A stretch of DNA of 64,000 nt from an uncultured delta proteobacterium (GCA_963727485.1 CAVSGM010000001.1:896001-960000); one strand, 5' to 3'; shown: positions 45,539-56,895, numbered from the stretch's first letter. The notes: generated by a model from the sequence alone, not told the origin. Program-made: numbers and translations.

Positions 45539-48500
45539 ATGCTCCGCGCCAAGCACCTCGGTATCCTCGCCCTCGCCCTCGTCGTCTCCGCCTGCAACCC
45601 CGCAGGCGGCGCCGGCCCCGCCCCCGTGTTCATCCGCGGGGCCCAGGGCCGCTTCGACCCCACCGTCTCCGGCGGCCCCCAGAATCGCGGGCCTGCGCAC
45701 CGAGCTGGTGGGCGCCCGGGCGCCGTTCATCGTCCAGTTCCAGGGGCACGTCACCGTCGCCGAGCGCCAGAGCCTGAAGCGGGCCGGCGCCACCATCGTC
45801 GCCTACCAGCCGGACAACGCGCTGTTGGTCCGCGTCGCCCCGGGGGCGGCCAAGACGCTGCGCCAGCTCTCCGGCGTCCGCGCCGTGGTCCCCCAGAGCC
45901 CGGCGATGCGCCTCCAGTCCTCGCTCCTGGCCCGCGCCGACGGGCACCTCGTCCCCGCCACCAGCCTCAAGCCGGTGGAGCTGCTCATCCAGGTCCCCGA
46001 TGAGGACGCCCAGGTGGCCGTGTCCCAGACCGTCGGCGCCATGGGGGGCAAGCTCGACCAGCTCTCCAGCTCCGGCCACTACATCTCCGCCACCCTCCCG
46101 ACGGCGGCGGCGGCCGAGCTCGCCGCGCGCAGCGACGTCCTCTGGGTCCAGAAGGCCGACCACTTCCATGTCCTCAACGACCAGGCGCGGTGGGTGATCC
46201 AGTCGGGCTCGGGTCAGGCCAACGTGGGCCAGACCCCGGTGTGGGACGCGGGCATCACCGGCCAGGGCCAGATCATCGGCATCGCCGACAGCGGCATCAA
46301 CACCAGCAACTGCTTCTTCGCCGACGTCTCCAACAAGATCCTCAAGTACGACCTCCTGGGCGGCGCCACCCAGGGTGACGAGATCGGCCACGGCACCCAC
46401 ACCTCGGGCAGCCTCGCCGGCAACACCAACAACTCGAGCTACAGCAAGTACGACGGCCAGGCGAAGGACGCCCAGCTCTACTTCCAGGACGCGTCGAACC
46501 AGAGCGACGCCGCCCAGGGCAGCCTCTCGGGCATCCCCAACGACCTCTCCACCGGGCTCTTCCCCGCGCCCTACGCCGCCGGCGCCCGGGTCCACTCCGA
46601 CTCCTGGGGCGGCCAGACCTCGAGCTACGACGCCAACGCCCAGCAGGTCGACGAGTTCGTCGCCGCCCACCCGGACATGCTGGTGGTCTTCGCCAACGGC
46701 AACGCCGGGCCGGCCGCCGGCAGCGTGGGCAGCCCCGCCACCGCCAAGGACCTCATCTCCGTGGGCGCCACCGAGAACCCCACCGCGAGCACCCCCGACG
46801 CCGCCGAGCAGATGGCCTCGGTCCAGGGCCAGGACTTCTCCAGCCGCGGGCCGACGGCCGACGGTCGCATCAAGCCGACCCTCACCGCCCCGGGCGCCAT
46901 GATCAACTCCGCCGACTACCAGCAGAGCTGCGGGGTCAAGGCCGACGCGGGCACCTCCATGGCCACCCCGACGCTGGCCGGCGGCGCCACCCTGGCGCGC
47001 GAGTACTTCACCGACGGCTTCTACCCCTCCGGCTCGAAGAACAGCGCCGACGCCCTCAAGCCCAGCGCCGCCCTCCTCAAGGCGGTGCTCATGGCCGGCG
47101 CCGACGCCATGACCGGCTCCACCGCCGGCAAGCTCCTGTCCATGTCCCAGGGCTTCGGCCGGGTGAACATCGGCCACGCCCTCTACTTCGCCGGGGACTA
47201 CGCCAAGGACCGGCTGTGGATCCACGACGACAAGACCGGGGTGAACACCTCTGACGCCCCGACCTTCAACCTCACCACCGACCGCGCCGGGCCCCTCAAG
47301 GTCGCCCTGACCTGGACCGACCCGGCGGCGAGCGCCGGAGCCAACCCCGCCCTGGTCAACGACCTCGACCTCACCGTCACCGCCCCCGACGGCACCGTCT
47401 ACGCCGGCAACGCCATGCAGAGCGGCCAGTCGGTCCCCGGCGGCAGCGCCGACCACAAGAACGTCGAGGAGCTCGTCTACGTCCCCTCCGCCGCCCAGGG
47501 CACCTGGGTGGTGACCGTCAAGGGCAACAACGTGCCCAGCGGGCCCCAGACCTTCGCGCTGGCCGCCGTGGGCGAGGTGCAGGTCTCCGGCCAGGGCACG
47601 CCCACCAAGGACCCCCCGGGGCCCCCGCCGCCGCCGCCGCCCCCGAGCAAGTGCACCGACGCCGTCGTCTCGCCGCTCCAGGCCGACGTGGGCTGGGTGG
47701 ACAGCCTGGTCACCACCCAGGCCAACTTCTTCGGCGACGACGACATCTACGTGTCCAACGGCCCCGACTCGCAGAACCAGAACGGTGACCGCTACGGCGT
47801 CATCCAGGTGCCCATCAACGTGGCGCGGGGCGAGACCCTCGACCACCTGAGCCTCGCCCTGACCACCCAGACCTCGGCGTGGCTCCAGCCCGGGACCACC
47901 TTCACCTTCGACGCCGTCGACCTGCCGGCGCTCACCACCAGCACCAGCTACAGCGACGTCAAGAACGCCTCGGTGCTGGCGACCTCCCCGGACCCGGTGG
48001 ACGACAGCATGATCTCCGACAGCGCGGAGAACATCGTCACCTTCCCGGCGAACGCGGTGAGCAGCGCCAACCTCCTGACCGTGCGCATCCACGCCACCGC
48101 CTCCACCTGGTCGATGACCAGCTGGGACTCGGGCTACCCGACCACCGCGTCGAGCGGCGACAGCACCCCGGGCCTGGGCATCAAGCCGGTGGTCGGCCTC
48201 TGCTGGCAGAGCACCACCCCGCCCCCGCCCACGACCCTGAAGATGAACACCGTCGGAGACCAGACCGGCGCCGAGTCCCAGGCCCTGGACATCAAGCCCA
48301 CCCTGGCCTCGGACCCGAAGCTGGCCGCCGAGGTGTGGAGCGCCACCGGCCTGCCCCAGGGCGCCAACCTCGATTCCAGCACCGGTGAGATCACCTGGAC
48401 CCCGAGCTACCAGCAGGCCGGGACCTACCCGGTCACCCTCACCGTCACCGAGGGCTCGGCGACCGACAGCCAGTCGTTCACCGTCACCATCAACAACACC

Positions 48501-49004
48501 CCCCGGGACCCGGTGTTCACCCCCGTCGCCGACCAGACCGTGCAGGCCGGCAACACCGTGAGCTTCCAGGTGCAGGCCCCCGACCCCGACGGCGACGCGG
48601 TGAAGATCACCGTGACCGCCGGGCCCTCGGCGGCGACCTTCACCAACGACACCTTCTCCTGGACGCCGAGCAACGCCGACGTGGGCCAGCACACGGTGAC
48701 CTTCACCGCCACCACCATCGACCACGACTCGGTGACCATGGACGTGCACATCACCGTGACCCAGGGGACGACCAGCGGGAACGACGGCGGCAGCACCGGG
48801 GGCACCGACGGCGGGACCACCGCCGGCAACGACGGTGGGAGCACCGGGGGCACCGACGGCGGCACCGGCCAGGTCGGCGGCGGCGGCGCCGGGAACGCCA
48901 CCGGGTGCGCCTGCTCCTCGACCCAGGGCAGCCCCGGCGGGCTCCTGCCCATCGTCTTCGGGCTCCTGGGCCTCGCGGCCCTGCGGCGGCGGCGCCAGGC
49001 CTAG
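45539..49004 (+). CDS. S8 subtilase (KP-43-like) lipoprotein with Ig-like repeats and MYXO-CTERM-like anchor, copy 1 (frameshift near 45684)
   Basis: VSAC lipobox; IGIADSG, GHGTHTSG, VHSDSWG, GTSMATP, PSAALLKA, QGFGR; GCACSS..LLGL..RRRR. Confidence 0.92.
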
Positions 49005-49081
49005 GCGCGACGCAAAACATGCCGGCAGCCGGGTCCTTCCCGGGCCCGGAGGATCGGGTACAGTCGACGGTGGGAGGCACC

Positions 49082-52000
49082 ATGCACCGTCACGTACCCG
49101 TCCTCGCCGGGGCGCTCGCCCTCGCGCTCTCCGCCTGCACCGCCACCGGCTCCGATCCCGGCACGCCCCGGATCCACACCGCCCTCGGGAGCTTCGATCC
49201 CACCGCCACCACCGGGCCGGCCCTCGCCGGCCTGCGCACCGTGCGGGTGGGACCGACGGCGCCGTACATCGTCCAGTTCGGCGGCCACGTGACCCTCGCC
49301 CAGCGCGAGGCCCTGAAGGGCGCCGGGGCGACCCTCGTCGCCTACCAGCCCGACGACGCCTTCGTGGTCCGGGCCTCGCCCACCGTGGCCGCCGGGCTCT
49401 CCGCCGTCGCCGGGGTGCGGGCGGTGGTGCCCCAGGGCCCGGCCCTGCGCCTCCAGCCGGCGCTCCTCTCGCGCGTCGCCGGCCAGCTGGCGCCGTCGCT
49501 CGAGCTGACCCCCACCCGGATGCTGGTCGAGGTCCCGGACGAGGACGCCCAGGTCGCCGTGGCCCAGGCCGCAAGGTCCCTGGGCGGCACCGTCGACGCG
49601 CTGGCCGCCGGTGGGCGCTACCTGAAGGTGACCCTGCCGCTCGCCGCCGCCCCGGAGCTCGCCGCCCGCAGCGACGTCACCTGGGTCCAGAAGGCCGACC
49701 GCTTCCACGTGCTCAACGACGAGGCCCGGTGGGTGATCCAGGCCGGCAGCGGCCCCGCCAACGTGGGCCTCACCCCCGTGTGGGACCACGGCCTCACCGG
49801 TCAGGGACAGGTGGTGGGCATCGCCGACAGCGGCATCGCCGGCTCGGGCTCGGGGACCAGCTTCAGCTCCACCAGCTGCTTCTTCTCCGACGTTGCGAAC
49901 AAGATCGCCTACTACGAGGTGCTCTCGGGGGCGGCGTCCGGCGACGAGATCGGCCACGGGACCCACACCTCCGGGTCCATCGCCGGGAACACCACCAACA
50001 CCAGCATGAGCCAGTACGACGGCCAGGCCAAGGACGCGCAGCTCTACTTCCAGGACATCGGGGCCTCGAACCAGACCCTCCAGGGCCTGCCCGCCGATCT
50101 GTCCACCGGGCTCTTCCCCAACGCCTACAACTTCGGGGCCCGGGTCCACAGCGACTCCTGGGGCGCCACCACCTCCAGCTACGACGCCTACGCCCGGCAG
50201 GTCGACGTCTTCGTCGCCGCCCACCCCGACTTCCTGGTGCTCTTCGCCAACGGCAACGCCGGCCCCACCGTGGGCAGCGTGGGCAGCCCGGCGACCGCCA
50301 AGGACCTCATCTCCGTGGGCGCCACCGACAACGCCACCCCGGCCGACGCGACCCGCGCCGACTACATGGCGAACGCGTCGAACAACCTGTACTCCAACAC
50401 CTCGTTCTCCAGCCGCGGGCCCACCGCCGACGGGCGCATCAAGCCGACCCTCACGGCGCCCGGCGCCTTCGTGACCTCCGCCGACTGGAAGAGCGCCTGC
50501 GGCGTGGTCCCCGATCCCGGCACGTCCATGGCGACCCCGACGCTGGCCGGCGGTGCCACCCTGGCCCGCCAGTACTTCCGCGAGGGCTTCTACCCCACCG
50601 GCGCCAAGACCGCGGCCGACGCCATGCAGCCGAGCGCCGCCCTCCTCAAGGCGGTGCTCATGGCCGGCGCCGACGCCATGGACGGCCCCAACGCCGCGCC
50701 CATCCCCTCCATGGACCAGGGCTTCGGCCGGGCGAACGTGGGCCACGCCCTCTACTTCACCGGCGACCCCGCCGAGGACCGCCTCTGGATCCACGACGAC
50801 GCCACCGGCCTCAACACCAATGACGCGCCCAGCTACAGCCTCCACACCGACCGGGCGGGCCCCCTGAAGGTGGCGCTGACCTGGACCGACCCGGCGGCGG
50901 CCTCCGGCGCCAACCCGGCCCTCGTCGACAACCTCGACCTGCGGGTGATGGCCCCCGACGGCACCATCTACAAGGGCAACGTGATGAGCGGCGGCGTGTC
51001 CGTGACCGGGGGCGCCGCCGACAGCAAGAACGTCGAGGAGCTCTTCTACCTCCCGAACGCGCCGGCGGGCACCTGGGGGGTGCAGGTGGTCGGGACCAAC
51101 GTCCCCTCCGGGCCCCAGACCTTCGCCGTCGCCGCCGTGGGCGAGGTGGTGGTGGGCCGCCAGGGCGCGCCCTCGGCCGATCCCGCGCCGCCGCCGCCGC
51201 CGCCTTCGCCCCCGGCCAAGTGCACCGACGCCACCATCTCCCCGGTGCAGAGCGCCGTGGGCTGGGTGGACAGCGCCGGCGGCTACGCCACCAAGAATGC
51301 CAAGAACGCCTTCGGCGACGACGACATCTACGCCTCGGCGGGCGTCGACCCGACCAACCAGTACGGCGACCGCTTCGGCGTCCTCCAGGTGCCCATCACC
51401 GTGCCCCCGGGCAAGACCCTCGACCACCTGACCCTCACCGTCACCAGCCAGACGCCCTGGTTCGTCCTCGCCGGGACCAACTGGACCTTCGACGCGGTGA
51501 ACCTGCCCGCCCTGTCCACCAGCACCACCTACGCCAACGTCCAGGCCGCGTCGGTCCTCGACACCGCACCCCAGTCGGTCACCGACCTCCAGGTGGCGAA
51601 GTACGCCGAGGACACGGTCACCTTCGCCCCGGCGGCGGTCGACGCCAACGGCCGGCTCACCGTCCGCATCCACGGCAATGGCGTCGCCGGCTCCATGGAG
51701 AGCTGGGACTCGGGCTTCCCCAACGGGAGCACCACCGATCCCAACCCGGGCCTGGGCATCCCGCCGGTCGTCGGCCTCTGCTTCGTCCCGCCGCTGGCGA
51801 TGAACGCCATCCCGGGTCAGACCGTGGACGAGAACGCCGCGCTCACCGTGACTCCGTCGCTGGCCACCGACCCCAAGGTCGCGACCCCGACGTGGAGCGC
51901 CACCGGCCTGCCCACCGGGGCCAGCCTCGACCCGGGCACCGGCGTGCTCACCTGGACCCCGACCTACAGCCAGGCGGGGACCTACACCGTGACCCTCACC

Positions 52001-53734
52001 GTGACCGAGGGGACCCAGTCGGACAGCAAGACCTTCACCATCACCGTGAACAACGTGAACCGGCCGCCGGTGCTGGCGGCGATCTCCGCCCAGCAGGTGA
52101 TCGTGGGCCAGACCCTGTCCTTCACCGTCTCCGCCACCGATCCCGACGGGGACACGGTCACCCTCACCGACCCCGGGGCGCCGTCGGCGTCGACGTTCAG
52201 CGGCGGCACCTTCACCTGGACCCCGGCGGCGGCCGACGTGGGGGCCCACACGGTGACCTTCACCGCCAGTGACGGGACCCTCACCGACACCGGGACCGCG
52301 AGCATCACCGTGATCGCCGCGTTGAAGCTGGCGACCCTCGGCGCCCAGACCGTGGCCGAGAACAGCGCGCTCACCGTGACCCCGACCCTGGCCTCGGATC
52401 CGGGGACCGGCACGCCTGCCTACAGCGCCACCGGGCTGCCCGCCGGCGCCAGCCTCGACCCGGCCACCGGCGTGCTCACCTGGACCCCGAGCTACAGCCA
52501 GGCCGGGAGCTACCCGGTGACCCTCACGGTGACCGAGAGCGGCCAGACCGACAGCCAGACCTTCGCCATCACCGTGACCAACACCGACCGCCCGCCGGTC
52601 CTCGGGGCCATCGCGGCCCAGTCGGTGACCGTGGGCCAGACCCTGACCTTCACCGTCTCCGCCACCGATCCCGACGGGGACGCGGTGACCCTCACCGACC
52701 CCGGGGCGCCGGCGGCCTCGAGCTTCGACGGGACCACCTTCACCTGGGCGCCGGCCGCCGCCGACGCCGGGGTCCACACGGTGACCTTCGACGCCACCGA
52801 CGGGACCCTCTCCGACACCGGGACCGCGACCATCACCGTGATCGTGCCCCTCAAGCTCGCGGCCATCGCCGACCAGACCGTCGACGAGAACGCCCTCCTC
52901 GACCTCACCGCCCGCCTGGCCTCGGATCCCGCGAACGGGACCCCGGCCTGGACCCTCACCGGGAAGCCCACCGGCGCGACCTTCGACGGCGCCACCGGGC
53001 ACCTCACCTGGACCCCCGACTACACCCAGGCGGGGACCTACCCAGTGACCGTCACCGTCATCGAGGCCGGGGCCACCGACCGCGTTTCGTTCACCATCAC
53101 CGTGAACAACGTCGACCGGCCGCCGGTGCTGGCGCCCATCGGGGCGAAGACGGTGACCGCCGGCACCGCCCTGTCCTTCGCCGTCGCCGCCACCGATCCC
53201 GACGGGGACGCGGTGACGATCACCGCCGCCGGGCTGCCCACCGGGGCCACCTTCGACGGCAGCACCTTTGCCTGGACCCCGGGGGCGGCGGACGTGGGGA
53301 CCTACACGGTGACCTTCACCGCCGACGACGGGACGCTCCAGGACACGCAGACCGTGGACATCACGGTCACCGACGGCGGGACGGCGACCGACGGCGGGAC
53401 GGCGACCGACGGCGGGACGGCGACCGACGGCGGGACGGCGACCGACGGCGGGACGGCGACCGACGGCGGGACGGCGACCGACGGCGGGACCGCGACCGAC
53501 GGCGGGACGGCGACCGACGGCGGGACCGCGACCGACGGCGGGACCGCGACCGACGGCGGCGGCCAGCAGGGCGGCCAGGACGCTGGTGCCGGGGCCACCG
53601 GGGGCGGCAGCGCCGCGGCGGGGGGCTGCAACTGCAGCGCCACCACCGGGAGCCCCGCGGGCCTGATCCCGATCGTCCTGGGCCTCCTGGGTCTCGTCGG
53701 CCTCCGCCGGCGGCGGAGGGCGCCGGGCGCCTGA
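49082..53734 (+). CDS. S8 subtilase (KP-43-like) lipoprotein, six Ig-like repeats, MYXO-CTERM-like anchor, copy 2
   Basis: LSAC lipobox; D/H/S triad motifs; repeated GLP.GASLDP.TG.LTWTP and ATDPDGD units; GGCNCS..RRRRR. Confidence 0.93.
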   Translation: MHRHVPVLAGALALALSACTATGSDPGTPRIHTALGSFDPTATTGPALAGLRTVRVGPTAPYIVQFGGHVTLAQREALKGAGATLVAYQPDDAFVVRASPTVAAGLSAVAGVRAVVPQGPALRLQPALLSRVAGQLAPSLELTPTRMLVEVPDEDAQVAVAQAARSLGGTVDALAAGGRYLKVTLPLAAAPELAARSDVTWVQKADRFHVLNDEARWVIQAGSGPANVGLTPVWDHGLTGQGQVVGIADSGIAGSGSGTSFSSTSCFFSDVANKIAYYEVLSGAASGDEIGHGTHTSGSIAGNTTNTSMSQYDGQAKDAQLYFQDIGASNQTLQGLPADLSTGLFPNAYNFGARVHSDSWGATTSSYDAYARQVDVFVAAHPDFLVLFANGNAGPTVGSVGSPATAKDLISVGATDNATPADATRADYMANASNNLYSNTSFSSRGPTADGRIKPTLTAPGAFVTSADWKSACGVVPDPGTSMATPTLAGGATLARQYFREGFYPTGAKTAADAMQPSAALLKAVLMAGADAMDGPNAAPIPSMDQGFGRANVGHALYFTGDPAEDRLWIHDDATGLNTNDAPSYSLHTDRAGPLKVALTWTDPAAASGANPALVDNLDLRVMAPDGTIYKGNVMSGGVSVTGGAADSKNVEELFYLPNAPAGTWGVQVVGTNVPSGPQTFAVAAVGEVVVGRQGAPSADPAPPPPPPSPPAKCTDATISPVQSAVGWVDSAGGYATKNAKNAFGDDDIYASAGVDPTNQYGDRFGVLQVPITVPPGKTLDHLTLTVTSQTPWFVLAGTNWTFDAVNLPALSTSTTYANVQAASVLDTAPQSVTDLQVAKYAEDTVTFAPAAVDANGRLTVRIHGNGVAGSMESWDSGFPNGSTTDPNPGLGIPPVVGLCFVPPLAMNAIPGQTVDENAALTVTPSLATDPKVATPTWSATGLPTGASLDPGTGVLTWTPTYSQAGTYTVTLTVTEGTQSDSKTFTITVNNVNRPPVLAAISAQQVIVGQTLSFTVSATDPDGDTVTLTDPGAPSASTFSGGTFTWTPAAADVGAHTVTFTASDGTLTDTGTASITVIAALKLATLGAQTVAENSALTVTPTLASDPGTGTPAYSATGLPAGASLDPATGVLTWTPSYSQAGSYPVTLTVTESGQTDSQTFAITVTNTDRPPVLGAIAAQSVTVGQTLTFTVSATDPDGDAVTLTDPGAPAASSFDGTTFTWAPAAADAGVHTVTFDATDGTLSDTGTATITVIVPLKLAAIADQTVDENALLDLTARLASDPANGTPAWTLTGKPTGATFDGATGHLTWTPDYTQAGTYPVTVTVIEAGATDRVSFTITVNNVDRPPVLAPIGAKTVTAGTALSFAVAATDPDGDAVTITAAGLPTGATFDGSTFAWTPGAADVGTYTVTFTADDGTLQDTQTVDITVTDGGTATDGGTATDGGTATDGGTATDGGTATDGGTATDGGTATDGGTATDGGTATDGGTATDGGGQQGGQDAGAGATGGGSAAAGGCNCSATTGSPAGLIPIVLGLLGLVGLRRRRRAPGA
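53369..53560 (+). repeat. 18-bp coding tandem repeat (ACCGACGGCGGGAC(G/C)GCG), 10 full copies plus a partial, encoding TDGGTA
   Basis: Read directly from the sequence. Confidence 0.95.
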
Positions 53735-53796
53735 CACCCGGAACCTGACCTGGGAGGTGGTCCTGAGGGCCTGGGCGGACCTATGCTCCACCGACC

Positions 53797-56700
53797 ATGC
53801 TGCGACGCACCGGCCGCCTCGGCCTCCTGTTCCTGATCGTCCCCCTCTCAGCCTGCGGGCTGGCAGGGACCGGCGCCGCCCCGGCGGCCACCCTCGTCCA
53901 CACCCGCCAGGGCGCCTTCGACCCGCGCCACGACGCCGGCCCCGCCCTCGCCGGGGTGGATCCCATCGCGGTGGGGAGCGACCTCCCCTGGATCGTCCAG
54001 CTCGACGGCCCGGTGACCGCCGCGGCCCGGGACGCCCTCCGCCGCGCCGGGGCCACGGTCACCGGCTACTACCCGTCCCGGGCCCTCCTGGTGCGGGCGC
54101 GGCCTGAGGTGGCGACCGCCCTCACCGGTCTCTCCGGGGTGCGGGCGGTGGTGCCCCAGTCCCCGGCCCTGCGCCTGGCCCCGTCGCTCACCGATCGTCG
54201 CCACGGGCTCCTCGCCCCCTCGGCGCGCCTGCGCCCCGAGCCCCTCCTGGTGTCCGTCGCCGACCCCGACGCGGTGCAGGCGGTGGCCCAGGCGGCGCGC
54301 TCCCTCGGGGGCACGGTGATCCGCACCGCCCGGAAGGCCGGCCTGGTGCGGGTGTCCCTGGCCCCGGCCCTGGCCGCCGAGCTGGCGGCGCGCAGCGACG
54401 TGACCTTCGTGGAGCCGGCGCCGAAGCTCCACTACCTCAACGCCGAGGCCCGCTGGGTGATCCAGGCCGGGGCTGGCGCCGCCCACGTGGACAAGACCCC
54501 GGTGTGGGACCAGGGCCTCACCGGCAAGGGCGAGATCGTCGGCATCGCCGACAGCGGCATCAACACCTCGAGCTGCTTCTTCGCCGACGTGCCCAACAAG
54601 ATCTTCAAGTACGCGGTCCTCGCCGGCGCCACCAAGGGCGACGAGATCGGGCATGGGACCCACACCTCCGGATCCATCGCCGGCAACGAGACCACCAACC
54701 CCAAGCTCGAGGGCTTCGACGGCCAGGCCAAGGACGCCCAGCTCTACTTCCAGGACGTCGGCGCCGACGCCAGCGGCAGCCTCTCGGCGGTCCCCGACGA
54801 CCTCGACCTCCTCTTCCAGCCCCCCTACGACGCCGGGGTCCGGATCCACAGCGACTCCTGGGGCGGCGACTCCTCGAGCTACGACGCCTTCGCCCGGACC
54901 ATCGACGTCTTCGTCCACGCCCACCCCGACTTCCTGGTGCTCTTCGCCAACGGGAACGCCGGCCCCGAGCGCGGCTCGGTGGGCAGCCCGGCCACCGCCA
55001 AGGACCTCATCTCCGTGGGCGCCTCCGAGAACGCCACCGCGGCCGACCCCGACCGCCCCAACGGCCTCGCCTACTTCTCCAGCGAGGGCCCCACCGCCGA
55101 CGGCCGCATCAAGCCGACCCTCACCGCCCCCGGGGACCAGATCACCTCCGCCGACTGGCAGTCCGCCTGCGGAGTGGTCGCCGAGCAGGGCACCTCCATG
55201 GCGACCCCGACCCTGGCCGGCGGCGCCGCCCTGGCGCGGCAGTACTTCACCGACGGCTTCTACCCCTCGGGGACCCGGACCGCCGCCGACAGCCTCGACC
55301 CCAGCGCCGCCCTCCTCCGGGCGGTGCTCATCGCCGGGGCGTCGCACATGACCGGCCCCTACACCGGGCGGGTCCCCTCGCCGTCCCAGGGCTTCGGCCG
55401 GGTCGACCTCGGGCGCAGCCTCTACTTCGCCGGTGACGAGGCGAGGACCCGCCTCTACGCCGACGACGTGACCCCGGGCCTCGGCACCGGGGACGCGCCC
55501 ACCGTCACCCTGACGACCGACCGGGCGGGCCCCCTGCGGGTGGCCCTCGCCTGGAGCGACCCCCCGGGCACCCTCGGCGCCGGCGCCGCCCTGGTGAACG
55601 ACCTCGACCTCGAGGTCACAGCCCCCGACGGCACCGTCTACCGGGGCAACGCCATGCAGGGGGGCGAGTCGGTCCCCGGCGGTTCCGCCGACCCCCTCGA
55701 CGTCGAGGAGCTGGTGAGCCTGGGCAACGCCCCCGCCGGGACCTGGACGGTCACCGTCCACGGCACCGACGTCCCCCAGGGCCCCCAGGCCTTCGCCCTG
55801 GCGGCGGTGGGCGAGGTGGTGGTCACCGGCCAGGCCCCGCCCACCGACGACACCGTCACCCTGGCACCCCCGGACCCCAACCCCTACCCGGTGGCCTGCG
55901 CCGACGCCACCGTGACCCCGGACAAGACCGCGGTGGCCTGGACCTCCAAGGGCGATCCCCAGGCGATGCACGTGAGCGACGACGACCTCTACGCCGGGAG
56001 CCTGCCCCTGGTGAAGAACGGCCAGGCCATGCCCCGGGAGTCGGTGTTCCAGGTGCCCGTCGCCGTCCCCGCCGGCGACACCCTGGACCACCTCTCGGTG
56101 ACCCTCACCGGCCAGGACGACGCCAGCCTCCAGCCCTTCAGCACCTTCACCGTCGAGGCCATCGACCTGCCGCCCGTCGCCCGGACCATGAACTTCGCCG
56201 CCATCGACGGTGCCCCGGTCCTGGCGGTGGGGGAGCAGGTGCTCGACGACACCCAGGTGGGTCGCTACGTGGAGAATGTGGTGACCTTCCCGGCGAGCGC
56301 GGTGAAGGACGGGGTCCTCACCCTGCGCATCCGCGGCGAGGGGCCCCCGGGGTCCACCATGAGCTGGGACAGCGGGGTGGCGAAGTTCCTCGGCACCGGC
56401 ACCACCTCCACCGACCTCACCCCGGGCCTCCACGACCCGCCGGTGGTGGGGCTGTGCCTGGGCCAGGGGCCGGCGGCGGCGCGGACGCCTCTGACCCTGG
56501 CGGCCCTGCCCTCCACCAAGGTCCAGGTGGGCCAGACCCTGCACTTCACGGTGAAGGTCGACTCGGATCCCGGGGTCGCCAGCCCGGTCCTCCTCGCCGC
56601 CGGGATCCCCGACGGGGCCACCTTCGACGCCGCCACCGGGGCCTTCTCCTGGAAGCCCGTCGCGGCCGACGAGGGGAGCCACCCGGTGAGGTTCTCGGCC

Positions 56701-56895
56701 TTCGAGGGACAGCAGAGCGCCAAGCTCGCCGCCACCCTCCTGGTGGTGCCCCAGGCGGCGCCGAAGACCCCGCCCAAGACCGCCCCCGGCTGCGGGTGCA
56801 GCGCCACCACCGGCGATCCCGAGGCCCTGTGGCTCCCGGGGGTGCTGGCCCTGGTGTTCCTGGGGGTGGTGCGCCGGCGACGCCGGCGGAGCTGA
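53797..56895 (+). CDS. S8 subtilase (KP-43-like) lipoprotein, one Ig-like repeat, MYXO-CTERM-like anchor, copy 3
   Basis: LSAC lipobox; VGIADSG, GHGTH, GTSMATP; GCGCSA..RRRRRR. Confidence 0.93.
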   Translation: MLRRTGRLGLLFLIVPLSACGLAGTGAAPAATLVHTRQGAFDPRHDAGPALAGVDPIAVGSDLPWIVQLDGPVTAAARDALRRAGATVTGYYPSRALLVRARPEVATALTGLSGVRAVVPQSPALRLAPSLTDRRHGLLAPSARLRPEPLLVSVADPDAVQAVAQAARSLGGTVIRTARKAGLVRVSLAPALAAELAARSDVTFVEPAPKLHYLNAEARWVIQAGAGAAHVDKTPVWDQGLTGKGEIVGIADSGINTSSCFFADVPNKIFKYAVLAGATKGDEIGHGTHTSGSIAGNETTNPKLEGFDGQAKDAQLYFQDVGADASGSLSAVPDDLDLLFQPPYDAGVRIHSDSWGGDSSSYDAFARTIDVFVHAHPDFLVLFANGNAGPERGSVGSPATAKDLISVGASENATAADPDRPNGLAYFSSEGPTADGRIKPTLTAPGDQITSADWQSACGVVAEQGTSMATPTLAGGAALARQYFTDGFYPSGTRTAADSLDPSAALLRAVLIAGASHMTGPYTGRVPSPSQGFGRVDLGRSLYFAGDEARTRLYADDVTPGLGTGDAPTVTLTTDRAGPLRVALAWSDPPGTLGAGAALVNDLDLEVTAPDGTVYRGNAMQGGESVPGGSADPLDVEELVSLGNAPAGTWTVTVHGTDVPQGPQAFALAAVGEVVVTGQAPPTDDTVTLAPPDPNPYPVACADATVTPDKTAVAWTSKGDPQAMHVSDDDLYAGSLPLVKNGQAMPRESVFQVPVAVPAGDTLDHLSVTLTGQDDASLQPFSTFTVEAIDLPPVARTMNFAAIDGAPVLAVGEQVLDDTQVGRYVENVVTFPASAVKDGVLTLRIRGEGPPGSTMSWDSGVAKFLGTGTTSTDLTPGLHDPPVVGLCLGQGPAAARTPLTLAALPSTKVQVGQTLHFTVKVDSDPGVASPVLLAAGIPDGATFDAATGAFSWKPVAADEGSHPVRFSAFEGQQSAKLAATLLVVPQAAPKTPPKTAPGCGCSATTGDPEALWLPGVLALVFLGVVRRRRRRS

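Noticed and set aside
53369..53560. Possible CRISPR array
   Set aside because: The repeats are contiguous with no unique spacers, lie in frame within a CDS, and no cas genes are present.
45630..56682. Very long minus-strand ORFs (1314, 1596 and 944 aa) as overlapping genes
   Set aside because: They are antisense shadows of GC3-biased subtilase genes, with no recognisable motifs and typical stop-codon scarcity at high GC.
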